64,000 nt of DNA. Origin: Actinomycetes bacterium (lineage in GTDB: Bacteria; Actinomycetota; Actinomycetes; JAJZTN01). The notes under the pieces are model-generated. The model was not told the origin of the DNA, did not search any database, and saw only the letters and a program-made list of their open reading frames with translations. The stretch is from contig JAJZTN010000001.1 in NCBI GenBank assembly GCA_021848885.1, forward strand, positions 148 to 64,147, written 5' to 3'. Position numbers and translations under genes: made by a program. Shown one piece after another: positions 10,099 to 18,987 of this stretch. The stretch's first letter is position 1. The number at the start of each line of letters is the position of its first letter.

Positions 10099-11124
10099 AT
10101 GAAGGCCGTTCAGCTAGGCGCCTACGAGACGCCCCCGACCCTGGTCGACGTGCCCGACCCGAGCATCCAGGGCCCGCTCGACGTGATCGTGCGGATCGGC
10201 GGGGCCGGGGTCTGCCGCACCGACCTGCACATCATCGAGGGCCAGTGGCAGGAGAAGACCGGTGTCAGGCTGCCCTACACGCTCGGGCACGAGAACGCCG
10301 GCTGGATCGAGGCGGTCGGCGAGGCGGTCACCCACGTCGGTGTCGGCGACCCGGTGATCCTGCACCCCCTGGCCACCTGCGGCCTGTGCCGGGCATGCCG
10401 GGCCGGGGACGACGTCCACTGCGTCAACAGCGCGTTCCCCGGCATCGACAGCGATGGAGGGTACGCCGAGTACCTGCGCACCAGCGCCCGCTCGGTGGTC
10501 AAGCTGGACCCCTCGCTGGCTCCCGCGGGCGTCGCCGCGCTGGCCGACGCGGGGCTGACGGCGTACCACGCGGTCGCCAAGGCGGCGCGCAAGCTGCGGC
10601 CGGGGGACAAGGCCGTGGTCATCGGAGCCGGGGGTCTCGGCCACATCGGCGTGCAGGTGCTGCGGGCACTGTCGCCGGCGCAGATGATCGTCATCGACCG
10701 CTCGGCCGAGGCGCTGGCCCTGGCGGCCGAGCTGGGCGCCGAGCAGACCGTGCTCGCCGACGGCAACCAGGTCCAGGCCGTCATGGAGCTCACCGGCGGG
10801 ACCGGCGCCGAGGCCGTCATCGACTTCGTCGGCGAGGGCGGGGCCGTCGAGGACGGCGTCGCCATGCTGCGCCGGGCCGGGGACTACTACGTCATCGGAT
10901 ACGGCGGGCGGATCAACGTGCCCACCATCGACATCATCTCCACCGAGATCAACTTCGTCGGAAACCTCGTGGGGTCCTACAACGACCTCGTCGAACTCAT
11001 GGTGCTTGCCGCGCAGGACAAGGTGACGCTGCACACCAAGACTTACGCCCTGTCCGACTTCGCGTCGGCACTGGACGACCTCGACCACGGCAGGGTTCGC
11101 GGCCGGGCCATCTTGGTCCCCTGA
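10099..11124 (+). CDS. Zinc-dependent alcohol dehydrogenase (MDR superfamily)
   Basis: The start MKAVQLGAYETPP is followed by catalytic Zn ligands (C..H..E), the structural Zn cluster CGLCRACRAG...C, and the GxGxxG motif VIGAGGLGH. Confidence 0.85.
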   Translation: MKAVQLGAYETPPTLVDVPDPSIQGPLDVIVRIGGAGVCRTDLHIIEGQWQEKTGVRLPYTLGHENAGWIEAVGEAVTHVGVGDPVILHPLATCGLCRACRAGDDVHCVNSAFPGIDSDGGYAEYLRTSARSVVKLDPSLAPAGVAALADAGLTAYHAVAKAARKLRPGDKAVVIGAGGLGHIGVQVLRALSPAQMIVIDRSAEALALAAELGAEQTVLADGNQVQAVMELTGGTGAEAVIDFVGEGGAVEDGVAMLRRAGDYYVIGYGGRINVPTIDIISTEINFVGNLVGSYNDLVELMVLAAQDKVTLHTKTYALSDFASALDDLDHGRVRGRAILVP

Positions 11125-11165
11125 CAGGCCGCCCCAACAGCTCACAACCCGAAGAGAGGCTCGAC

Positions 11166-12773
11166 ATGACCAAGCACAGGAGAGCCAAGCTGGCAGCGGC
11201 GCTGGCGGTCAGCGCGCTCGCCGTCACCGCCTGCAGCGCCGGCGGCGGTGGTTCTGGCGCCAGCAAGCCCGACAAGCCCGCGAAGTTCGCCCCGGGCTCG
11301 GACATCAGCTACACCAAGTACGGGTCGAACTACCCCTCGACCACCGTCAAGGACGTGCCCGGCCCGTGCAGCTACGAGTCCATCAGCAAGAAGGACTACT
11401 CGGGGCGGACCCTGAGGGTCATCTCGCACGCCGTCCCGGTGATGGGCGAGCCCACACAGCTGCACGCCAAGCAGTTCGCCGAGCTCACCGGCGCCAAGGT
11501 GGACGTCGTCAACGTGCCCTTCGGCGAGCTGTACCAGAAGATCCTCACCCCCTTGCAGGCCGGCCAGCCGGCGTACGACGTGATGTTCTACCCGTCCCTG
11601 TGGATCGGAGACATGGCGCCCTACCTTGCGCCGGTGCCGCAGAAGTACCTCGACACCGCGCAGATGAAGGACGTCACCAAGGCCTACATGCAGGTCGCGA
11701 CCTGGAACGGCAAGGTCGTGCAGTACCCCGTGGACGGTGACCGGCACTACCTGAAGGTGCGCTCGGACATCATCGACAGCCCCAAGTGGCAGGCGGCGTA
11801 CAAGGCGGCCACCGGCAAGACGCTGGAGGTGCCCAAGACCTGGGAGGAGTACCAGCAGATCGCCCAGTTCTTCAGCGGCAAGGACTGGTCGGGCAGCGGC
11901 AAGCTGAACTACGGCAGCGCCGAGGTGACCAAGCGCGACGACCTGATGTTCTCCGCCTTCATCAGCCGGGCCGCGGCGTACGCCAAGAACCCCAACGTCA
12001 AGACCGGGTTCTTCTTCGACGTCGACACGATGAAGCCCGAGATCAACAACCCCGGTTTCGTCCGTGCGCTCACCGACTTCGTCAAGGCCAAGTCGACCTG
12101 GCCGCCCGGTGGCGCCAACTTCGGACTCGGTGACGAGATCTTCTCCTTCGGCGGCGGCCAGACCCTGATGTCCTACAGCTGGGACGACGCGTTCATCCAG
12201 GCGCAGCAACCGGACAGCAAGATCCGCAACGAGGTCGAGGCGGCCCAGCTTCCCGGCGCCACCCAGGTGTGGAACCGCGACACCAACCAGTGGGACACCC
12301 CGGCCAGCATCAACCAGGTGCCGTACTTCACCTGGGGCTGGACCTCGGCAGTCGCCAAGGACAGCAAGCAGCAGACGATGGCGTTCGACTTCCTGTGCTT
12401 CTTCAGCAACGACGCCAACACCGCCCTCGACCTGACGATCGGCCGGTTCGGGATCAACCCCTACCGCAACGCGCACTTCGACGCCGCGTTCTGGGAGAAG
12501 CAGGGCTGGAGCAAGCAGACCGCCGAGACCTACGTCAAGACGCTGTCCGACATGGAGAAGAGCCCCAACCGGGTGTTCGACCTGCGAGTGCCTGGCGTCA
12601 ACCAGTACATGTCGTCGCTGGCCAACGGGGTCGCCGACGCCATCTCCGGCCAGAAGCAGCCGCAGCAGGCCCTGGACGACGTCGCCAAGGAGTGGAACGA
12701 CATCACCACCCAGGTGGGCAAGGACAAGGTGCAGGCGGCCTACCGCAACGTGGTCGCGCTGGAGAACGGCTGA
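11166..12773 (+). CDS. ABC transporter extracellular solute-binding lipoprotein (family 1 / CUT1-like, unusually large at ~535 aa)
   Basis: The start MTKHRRAKLAAALAVSALAVTAC gives a signal peptide plus lipobox. The protein is Trp/Tyr-rich, typical of sugar-binding SBPs. It lies upstream of two MalF/MalG-type permease genes. Confidence 0.8.
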   Translation: MTKHRRAKLAAALAVSALAVTACSAGGGGSGASKPDKPAKFAPGSDISYTKYGSNYPSTTVKDVPGPCSYESISKKDYSGRTLRVISHAVPVMGEPTQLHAKQFAELTGAKVDVVNVPFGELYQKILTPLQAGQPAYDVMFYPSLWIGDMAPYLAPVPQKYLDTAQMKDVTKAYMQVATWNGKVVQYPVDGDRHYLKVRSDIIDSPKWQAAYKAATGKTLEVPKTWEEYQQIAQFFSGKDWSGSGKLNYGSAEVTKRDDLMFSAFISRAAAYAKNPNVKTGFFFDVDTMKPEINNPGFVRALTDFVKAKSTWPPGGANFGLGDEIFSFGGGQTLMSYSWDDAFIQAQQPDSKIRNEVEAAQLPGATQVWNRDTNQWDTPASINQVPYFTWGWTSAVAKDSKQQTMAFDFLCFFSNDANTALDLTIGRFGINPYRNAHFDAAFWEKQGWSKQTAETYVKTLSDMEKSPNRVFDLRVPGVNQYMSSLANGVADAISGQKQPQQALDDVAKEWNDITTQVGKDKVQAAYRNVVALENG

Positions 12774-12877
12774 CGGAGGTGACCTGAGCCCGGGGGCGGA
12801 CACCGACCTCGTCCGCCCCCGGGCCCAGGGCCGTCCGAGCGCCCCATCACGTCCAACCGCAAGGAGAGGAGGGAGTC

Positions 12878-13753
12878 GTGGACGGCATGCGCAGGTACAA
12901 GAGCATGTTCCTGCTCCCGGGCCTGCTCACCCTGTTCATCATCATCATCTTCCCGTTGCTGTTCACGATCCGGGTGAGCTTCTCCGGCTGGAACGTGAGC
13001 AACCCGCACATGGACTTCATCGGCGGGGCCAACTTCGTCCGGATGCTCGCCGACCACCGGTTCTGGGCCTCGATCCTCCGGCTGATCCTGCTGGCTGGCG
13101 GGACGGTGCTCATCGAGTACGTCCTCGGGTTCGCCCTTGCCCTCATGGTGTGGAGGAACGTGCGCGGTCAGCGGGTGTGGCGGGTGCTGTTCCTCGTCCC
13201 CATGATGACCACGCCGGTCGTCATGGCGGCCATCTGGCAGACGATCTTCAACGAGTCGCTGGGCCCGGTCAACGACCTGCTCGGGCGTGTGGGGCTGCCC
13301 ACGGTGCAGTGGCTCACCAGCACCGGACCCGCCACGGTCGCGCTGATGACCGTCGAGATCTGGCAGTGGACGCCCTTCATGTTCCTGCTGCTGCTGGCCG
13401 GGCTGCTCAGCCTGTCCAAGGAGCCGTTCATGGCTGCCGCCATCGACGGCGCCGGTCCGGTGCGGACCTTCTTCAAGGTGACCTTCCCGCTGATGGCGCC
13501 GGTCTCGGTCACCGCCCTGATCATCCGGCTGATCGAGGCCTCGAAGATGTCCGACTCGGTGTACGTCCTGACCTCCGGCGGCCCCGGCTCGTCCACCGAG
13601 ACACCTGGGTACTACCTCTACATCCGGGGCCTGAAGGAGCAGCAGACCGGGTACGCCGGATCGCTCTCACTCACCTACCTGGTGCTGATGATCGTCACGC
13701 TGACAATCGTGTCCAGGCTGCTGGTGCGCACCCTGAAGACCAGGACGGGCTGA
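12878..13753 (+). CDS. ABC transporter permease (MalF/UgpA-type, 6 TM)
   Basis: A hydrophobic N-terminus and six predicted TM segments. The permease 'EAA' loop region reads IDGAGPVRTFFKVTFPLM. Confidence 0.85.
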   Translation: MDGMRRYKSMFLLPGLLTLFIIIIFPLLFTIRVSFSGWNVSNPHMDFIGGANFVRMLADHRFWASILRLILLAGGTVLIEYVLGFALALMVWRNVRGQRVWRVLFLVPMMTTPVVMAAIWQTIFNESLGPVNDLLGRVGLPTVQWLTSTGPATVALMTVEIWQWTPFMFLLLLAGLLSLSKEPFMAAAIDGAGPVRTFFKVTFPLMAPVSVTALIIRLIEASKMSDSVYVLTSGGPGSSTETPGYYLYIRGLKEQQTGYAGSLSLTYLVLMIVTLTIVSRLLVRTLKTRTG

Positions 13754-13754
13754 G

Positions 13755-14597
13755 ATGTCTCGCGCATACCTGACGTTCAAGTACGCGTTCATCGCGGTGT
13801 GGGCCAGCTTCGTGGCCGGCCCGTTCGTGTGGGCGCTGACCACGAGCTTCAAAGACGCCAACGGCGTGCAGGGCGGGGCGACGTACCTGCCGTGGGTGGA
13901 CTACAAGCCCACCACCAGGGGCTGGCAGGACATCTTCGGCGGGGAAGGCGGCGTGAACGTCATCCAGCCGTTTCTCAACAGCCTGCAGATCACGGTGCTC
14001 GCCTCGGCGATCTCGCTGGTGCTCGGCTCGCTGGCCGCGTACGGGCTGTCGCGGTACACCTACCGGATCGGGCGCATGAAGAACGCGGACATCGTGTTCT
14101 TCTTCGTCTCCCAGCGGATCATGCCTCCGATCGTGCTGGTCATCCCGTTCTTCTTCCTGCTGCAGTTCGCGGGGCTGCTCGACTCGATCCCGGGCCTGGT
14201 CATCGTCACCGTCGCGCTGCTGCTTCCGATCGCCGTCTGGGTGATGGTGGACTTCTTCAACAACATCCCGCGCGAGATCGACGAGATGGCCATGCTGGAC
14301 GGCTGCCACCCGTTCGCCGCGTTCGTCCGCACGATCCTGCCGAACTCGTTGCCAGGCATCACGGTGGCCGCGATGTTCTGCGCTGTCTTCGGCTGGAACG
14401 ACTTCTTCTTCGCGTTCCGCCTCACTTTCACCGAGGTGCAGACGCTGCCCCAGGCCGTGGTCGCGCTGAACTCCTCGATCCCGCCGTGGTGGACGCTGTC
14501 CGCCGCCTCGCTCTTCGGCATCTCGCCTCTTGTGCTGCTGGCCGTCTGGGTCGAGCGCTACCTTTCGCGGGGCAACCTGGCCGGGGCGGTCCGGTGA
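13755..14597 (+). CDS. ABC transporter permease (MalG/UgpE-type)
   Basis: Six TM segments. The EAA-like motif is LDGCHPFAAFVRTILPNSLPG. The gene is translationally coupled to the preceding permease gene. Confidence 0.85.
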   Translation: MSRAYLTFKYAFIAVWASFVAGPFVWALTTSFKDANGVQGGATYLPWVDYKPTTRGWQDIFGGEGGVNVIQPFLNSLQITVLASAISLVLGSLAAYGLSRYTYRIGRMKNADIVFFFVSQRIMPPIVLVIPFFFLLQFAGLLDSIPGLVIVTVALLLPIAVWVMVDFFNNIPREIDEMAMLDGCHPFAAFVRTILPNSLPGITVAAMFCAVFGWNDFFFAFRLTFTEVQTLPQAVVALNSSIPPWWTLSAASLFGISPLVLLAVWVERYLSRGNLAGAVR

Positions 14598-15673
14598 CCC
14601 TGACCGCGCGCGGCCTGACCCTGTCCGTCGAGGGCGTCGACCATCTCCGCGACATCACCCTGGACCTGCGGCCCGGACGCATCTACACGGTCATCGGGCG
14701 CACCCTGGCGGGCAAGTCCTCGCTGCTGCGGGTGCTGGCCGGTCTGCAGCGGGTGGACGCTGGGACGCTGACGCAGGACGGCACCGACCTGCTGCAGGTG
14801 CCCGTGTGGCGCCGCGACACGGCCATGGTCTACCAGCAGTTCATCAACTATCCGCACCTGAACGTGTTCGACAACGTCGCGTTCCCCTTGCGCAGAGCCA
14901 AGCTGAGCGGCGAGCAGGTGCGGCTGCGGGCCACCGAGAGCCTGGCCAAGGTGGGGCTTTCCGACTTCCACGCCCGCAAACCCTCCCAGCTCTCTGGCGG
15001 GCAGCAGCAGCGGGTGGCTCTCGCCCGTGCGCTGGCCCGGCGCTGCAAGACCCTGCTGCTGGACGAACCCCTGGTGAACCTGGACTACAAGCTTCGCGAG
15101 CAGCTGCGCGAGGAGTTCCGCGAGCTGTTCTCCGGGGTCGGGGACTCGGTCGTCGTCTACACCACCACCGAGACCACCGAGGCGATGATGCTAGGCGATG
15201 AGGTCATCGTCATGCACGAGGGCCGGATCGTGCAGACCGGGACCCCGGCCGAGGTTTTCGACGCCCCGGCGACCACCACGGTGGCCCAGATCATCAACGA
15301 GCCGCCCATGAACATCATCCCCGGCACGGTCACGGGCGGGCGGATGCGTCTGAACGACCTCGGGGCGGTTGACCTGCCCGCACACCTGGCGGGCTTGCCG
15401 GACGGGCCGTGTCAGTTCGGTCTGCGGGCCACGGACCTCTCCCTGTCCTCGTCGGAGGGACTGCGCGGTGACGTGACGTTCGTCGAGATCTCGGGCTCGG
15501 AGACGTTCGTGCATGTGGTCATCGCCGACATCCCGATGGTGGTGCAGCTGGAGGGGATCCACGACGTGTCACTGGGCGACGCGGTTCTCGTCACGATCCG
15601 CAGCGACCGGCTGTTCGCGTTCTCGGCGCAGGGCGACCTGCTGGTCGCCCCGTCGGAGCAGGGGGGACGCTGA
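14594..15673 (+). CDS. ABC transporter ATP-binding protein 1 (MalK-like, with C-terminal TOBE-like domain); H-loop degenerate
   Basis: Walker A GRTLAGKSS, Q-loop, canonical signature LSGGQQQRVALARAL and Walker B LLLDEPL are present. The H-loop His is replaced (VVVYTTTETTE). The GTG start overlaps the permease stop. Confidence 0.8.
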   Translation: MTLTARGLTLSVEGVDHLRDITLDLRPGRIYTVIGRTLAGKSSLLRVLAGLQRVDAGTLTQDGTDLLQVPVWRRDTAMVYQQFINYPHLNVFDNVAFPLRRAKLSGEQVRLRATESLAKVGLSDFHARKPSQLSGGQQQRVALARALARRCKTLLLDEPLVNLDYKLREQLREEFRELFSGVGDSVVVYTTTETTEAMMLGDEVIVMHEGRIVQTGTPAEVFDAPATTTVAQIINEPPMNIIPGTVTGGRMRLNDLGAVDLPAHLAGLPDGPCQFGLRATDLSLSSSEGLRGDVTFVEISGSETFVHVVIADIPMVVQLEGIHDVSLGDAVLVTIRSDRLFAFSAQGDLLVAPSEQGGR

Positions 15674-15674
15674 G

Positions 15675-16799
15675 ATGGCCCAGCTGGAGCTGCTCGACGT
15701 CGGGCACTGCTACGTCCCTGGCGAGGGCGAGGACCGCTGGGCGCTCAAGCCGCTCACCGTGACGTTCGAGGCCGGCAAGACCTACGCCCTGGTCGGGCCC
15801 TCGGGCTGCGGCAAGACCACCCTGCTGAACATCCTGTCCGGGCTCGTCTCGCCGACGCGCGGCCGGGTGCTCTTCGACGGCGCGGACATGACCCGCCGGT
15901 CCACGCGCGAGCGAAACATCGCTCAGGTGTTCCAGTTCCCGGTGATCTACACCTCGATGACCGTCTACCAGAACCTGGCCTTCCCGCTGGAGTGCCGCAA
16001 CTGGGACAGCCGGCGGATCGACGCCAAGGTGCGCACCGTGGCCGAGGCGCTCGGCCTGGGCGACCGGCTCAAGGAACCGGCGCGCAAGCTCAACGCCGAC
16101 GACAAGCAGCTGATCTCCCTGGGCCGCGGCCTGGTGCGGGACGACGTCGCCGCACTGCTCATGGACGAGCCGCTCACCGTCATCGACCCCCAGCTGAAGT
16201 TCTCGCTGCGTCGCAGGATCCGCGAGATCAGCGAGCAGTTCCGTCCGACGGTCATCTACGTGACCCACGACCAGTACGAGGCGATGAGCTTCGTCGAGGA
16301 GCTGCTCGTGATGAAGGACGGGCAGGTCATGCAGCAAGGCACCCCCGAGGAGCTTTTCGAGAGCCCGCGATCGGCCTATGTCGGCTACTTCATCGGCTCG
16401 CCCTCGATGAACTTCCTGGACGTCACCCAGGACGGTTCCGGTGTCTGGCTGGCGGGCCAGCGGCTGGCCATGTCCTGGCAGCCCCCGGCTGCTCGAGTGC
16501 CAGCCGAGGCTTCCGGAGCCGGTGCCGCGCAGGCGGGCGTCCTGCAGGCGGGCATCCGGCCCGAGTACGTGCGGCTGGCCTCGGCGCCTGGGCCGAACAC
16601 GTTCCCGGCGCGGCTACAGGCAGTGCGCGACCATGGGCCGCTACGGGTGCTGCACGTCGAGATCGGCGGGCAGCGGCTGGCTCTGAAGCTGGCGCGCGAG
16701 GCGGGAGTCCCCCATGGGGACACGCTGCTGGTCGAGCTGCCGCGCGCGAAGGTGCTGCCCTACGTCGGCGGCCAGCTCGCGACCGTCGTGGCGGGCTGA
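15675..16799 (+). CDS. ABC transporter ATP-binding protein 2 (MalK-like); signature motif degenerate
   Basis: Canonical Walker A GPSGCGKTT, Walker B LLMDEPL and H-loop VTHDQ are present. The LSGGQ signature is replaced by LISLGRG. A C-terminal TOBE-like domain is present. Confidence 0.8.
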   Translation: MAQLELLDVGHCYVPGEGEDRWALKPLTVTFEAGKTYALVGPSGCGKTTLLNILSGLVSPTRGRVLFDGADMTRRSTRERNIAQVFQFPVIYTSMTVYQNLAFPLECRNWDSRRIDAKVRTVAEALGLGDRLKEPARKLNADDKQLISLGRGLVRDDVAALLMDEPLTVIDPQLKFSLRRRIREISEQFRPTVIYVTHDQYEAMSFVEELLVMKDGQVMQQGTPEELFESPRSAYVGYFIGSPSMNFLDVTQDGSGVWLAGQRLAMSWQPPAARVPAEASGAGAAQAGVLQAGIRPEYVRLASAPGPNTFPARLQAVRDHGPLRVLHVEIGGQRLALKLAREAGVPHGDTLLVELPRAKVLPYVGGQLATVVAG

Positions 16800-16861
16800 G
16801 CGCGCCCTGTGTCGTGCCATCCGCCCTGCCCAGGCCCGACCGTCAGCGACCGGCAGCGGCG

Positions 16862-17233
16862 CGGTCGGTCGTCCCCGGGGCGACCCCGGCCCACACGGCT
16901 GAACTGGTCCTGCGGCTACGCAAGCAGCTGTCCGAGGCCGGGCTGGACGCCGGCGCCGACACCATCGGCTGGCACCTGACCCACCACCACGGCACGACGC
17001 TGTCCCGAGCGACGATCAACCGGATCCTGGTCCGGGCCGGCGCAGTCACCCCGGAACCCGCGAAGCGCCCGAAGAGCAGCTACCTGCGGTTCGAGGCCGA
17101 GCTACCGAACGAGACCTGGCAGGCCGACTTCACCCACTACCGCCTCTCCGACGGCGCCCGCCGCATCAGCCACCGCGGCGGTACCCGACGCATCGAGGAA
17201 GGCACCGACGTCGAGATCCTCACCTGGCTCGAC
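16862..17233 (+). pseudogene. IS481-family transposase, internal 5' fragment (truncated at both ends)
   Basis: The translation AELVLRLRKQLSEAGLDAGADTIGWHLTHHH...KRPKSSYLRFEAELPNETWQADFTHYRLSDG...TDVEILTWLD matches the conserved N-terminal/early DDE region of IS481-family transposases. Homology stops abruptly at about 17233. Confidence 0.6.
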
Positions 17234-17824
17234 GGTGGCGATCAGGAACTTGCGCAGCGTCTTGGCCTCGGCGTTGGGGATGACGCTCATCCTGGCCCGC
17301 CCGTAGCCCCGCGGTTCGCGCAGCTCCACCGCGATCACCACCAACGTCTTGCCGAGCGCGCCGCATCCTCGCGGGCCCGGTTCCTCGCCGCTGATGCAGG
17401 TCTCGTCGACCTCGACCCGGCCGGTCAGGACCTCTCGGCCGGGCCGCACCGTCGCGGTCCGGTAGCGGTGCAGCATCGCCCACGCCGTCTGGTAGGAGCC
17501 CAGCCCGAGCAACTTCTGCATCGTCAACGCCGACGCCCCGCCCGGATCGGCGGTCATGTACCAAGCCGCGGCGAACCACACCGTCAACCCCGTACGCGTA
17601 TCCTGGAAGATCCTCCCCGAGGTGCGCGAGACCCGCTTACAGCACCCGCCGCAACGCCACACCCGGCCCGCACCCACCGTCGTGGCCACCCGTCCGCACT
17701 TCGGGCACATCGGCCCGGACGGCCAGCGCAGCCAGTCCAGGTAGTCCATGCACGCCTCGTCGTCGGGGAGCCACGCCCTCAACTCCGCGTACGAACCCGG
17801 ATAGTGCACACCGCGTGACGGCAC
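17233..17824 (-). pseudogene. IS1595-family (ISXO2-like) transposase, N-terminal fragment truncated at 3' end
   Basis: The zinc-ribbon CPKCG...CGGCC plus ...ARMSVIPNAEAKTLRKFLIATVEPG is typical of IS1595-family transposases. Homology ends where the IS481 fragment abuts. The low-GC patch 17825-17900 just upstream may be the element terminus. Confidence 0.6.
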
Positions 17825-18214
17825 ACGATGAACCTGCCTCAGGTGGCAGTGAAATGGATAACCCGCTAACCCATTAGCCGAATTCGGTGAAGTTCAGAGT
17901 GGCGTCGGCGATCAGCGCAGCCCGGTCGAATGCGGAGCCGTCCTCATATCCGTTGAACAGCAGTCGGACCAGGATGGCGTCGTCCGGCAGGGGCGCCTCA
18001 TCGCGGATCAGACGCTGGCGGGCCATTCTCCGAGCCTGCGGGCCGGACCAGTTGCTGACCGGCACTGAACGACCGCTATGTGATGGGGTCTTGGATCGCT
18101 GATCAGGCTTCGATGGGGCGCGCGCTGGCGGAATCTCTCCACGTTCGTGCCCGGCCAAGCACGACGTCGGTCTCAGCGGCGTAGTCGTTCTTGTCGGGCC
18201 ACTCACGTCGTCTG

Positions 18215-18913
18215 TCAGGCGCCTGAGGTGGCCCGCACCCGGGTAGCCAGCGCCTCGGCAAAGGAGACGATGAGCGGGTGCGGCTGGGAGTCGCTGAGTT
18301 CGGGCTGGAAGAGAGTGGCGAGGAAGAACGGGTGCCCGGGCAACTCGATGACGCGGGCCATGCCGTCGTCGTCGCGACCCGAGACCACCAGCCCAGCGTC
18401 GACGAGCGTCTGCTCATACCGCTCGACCGGGCCGTAGCTGCAGTTGAAGCGCTCGGTACGGTGCAGGGCCCCGATCGCCGTGGCGGCAAGGGTCCGCGGC
18501 GCGAGATGCACCTGTGCCTCATGGCCGATGAGTGAGCACGCCAAGGGCGCGACGACGAGCACCTTGCCGTCCGGATCGTTCTCGGCGTGCCGTGCCTCGG
18601 TGACGCCGGCGACGTTTCGCGCGAACTCCAGAATCGCGTGCTGGAAGCCCCCGCAGCTCCCGAAGAACGGGATGTCGCCCTGGCGGGCCACGCGGACGGC
18701 CTCGAGCGCTCCGGCCTCGGATGCGTAGGGCGAACCGGGCACCAGCCAGACCCCGTCGAACGCCGCGATCTCGTTGGTCTCCACGTCGTCGGTGGCGACC
18801 CAGTAGGCCTCGATGGCCGGGCCGGCGAGGGCAGCGAGCACATCCGGAATACGGGTGTGGGCTGCGACATGCGGTGATCGGTCTCCGACGAGGGCGAGGC
18901 GCGGGGTTCTCAT
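18215..18913 (-). CDS. Class I glutamine amidotransferase-like protein (CTP-synthase C-terminal-domain-related family)
   Basis: The Cys-His-Glu triad context reads FFGSCGGFQHAI...HPFFLATLFQPE. The protein resembles the PyrG GATase domain but stands alone. The catalytic Cys is not encoded by an in-frame TGA, so this is not the selenoprotein form. Confidence 0.75.
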   Translation of the reverse strand: MRTPRLALVGDRSPHVAAHTRIPDVLAALAGPAIEAYWVATDDVETNEIAAFDGVWLVPGSPYASEAGALEAVRVARQGDIPFFGSCGGFQHAILEFARNVAGVTEARHAENDPDGKVLVVAPLACSLIGHEAQVHLAPRTLAATAIGALHRTERFNCSYGPVERYEQTLVDAGLVVSGRDDDGMARVIELPGHPFFLATLFQPELSDSQPHPLIVSFAEALATRVRATSGA

Positions 18914-18938
18914 AGCCTGATCGTGTCAGCCAACTCCG

Positions 18939-18953
18939 ATCGTGTGAAACGAT
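18939..18953. promoter_or_regulatory. LysR-type T-N11-A box (ATCGT-gtgaaac-GAT), within four GATCGT repeats, in the divergent GATase/LysR intergenic region
   Basis: ATCGT and ACGAT form an inverted repeat with T-N11-A spacing. It is centred in the 74-bp spacer between the divergent starts. GATCGT occurs four times across 18918-18985. Confidence 0.5.
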
Positions 18954-18987
18954 CGTTTGAGATGTTCCGATAAGGGAAGGTGATCGT

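Noticed and set aside
10026-12773. 915-aa ORF apparently fusing the ADH region to the solute-binding protein
   Set aside because: The N-terminal 380 codons overlap the ADH gene in another frame and are low-complexity. The genuine SBP starts at the internal ATG (11166) with a signal peptide and lipobox.
15992-17818. 608-aa ORF on the + strand spanning the second ABC ATPase gene, the IS481 fragment and the antisense of the IS1595 fragment
   Set aside because: Typical high-GC read-through ORF. Only its central ~125 codons (16862-17233) show real IS481 transposase homology; the rest overlaps the real ABC ATPase gene out of frame and has Arg/Ala/Pro-rich junk composition.
17874-18206. 110-aa ORF between the IS1595 fragment and the GATase gene
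   Set aside because: The N-terminal two thirds are low-complexity Pro/Arg/Ser. Only the C-terminal ~40 aa (…DDAILVRLLFNGYEDGSAFDRAALIADATLNF) look protein-like. It is probably a 3' remnant of a deleted gene, and is too uncertain to call as a feature.
18215-18913. Selenoprotein form of the CTP-synthase-C-terminal-related GATase (in-frame TGA for Sec)
   Set aside because: The catalytic nucleophile is encoded as Cys (GSCGG), and there is no in-frame TGA in the ORF, so it is not the selenoprotein variant.
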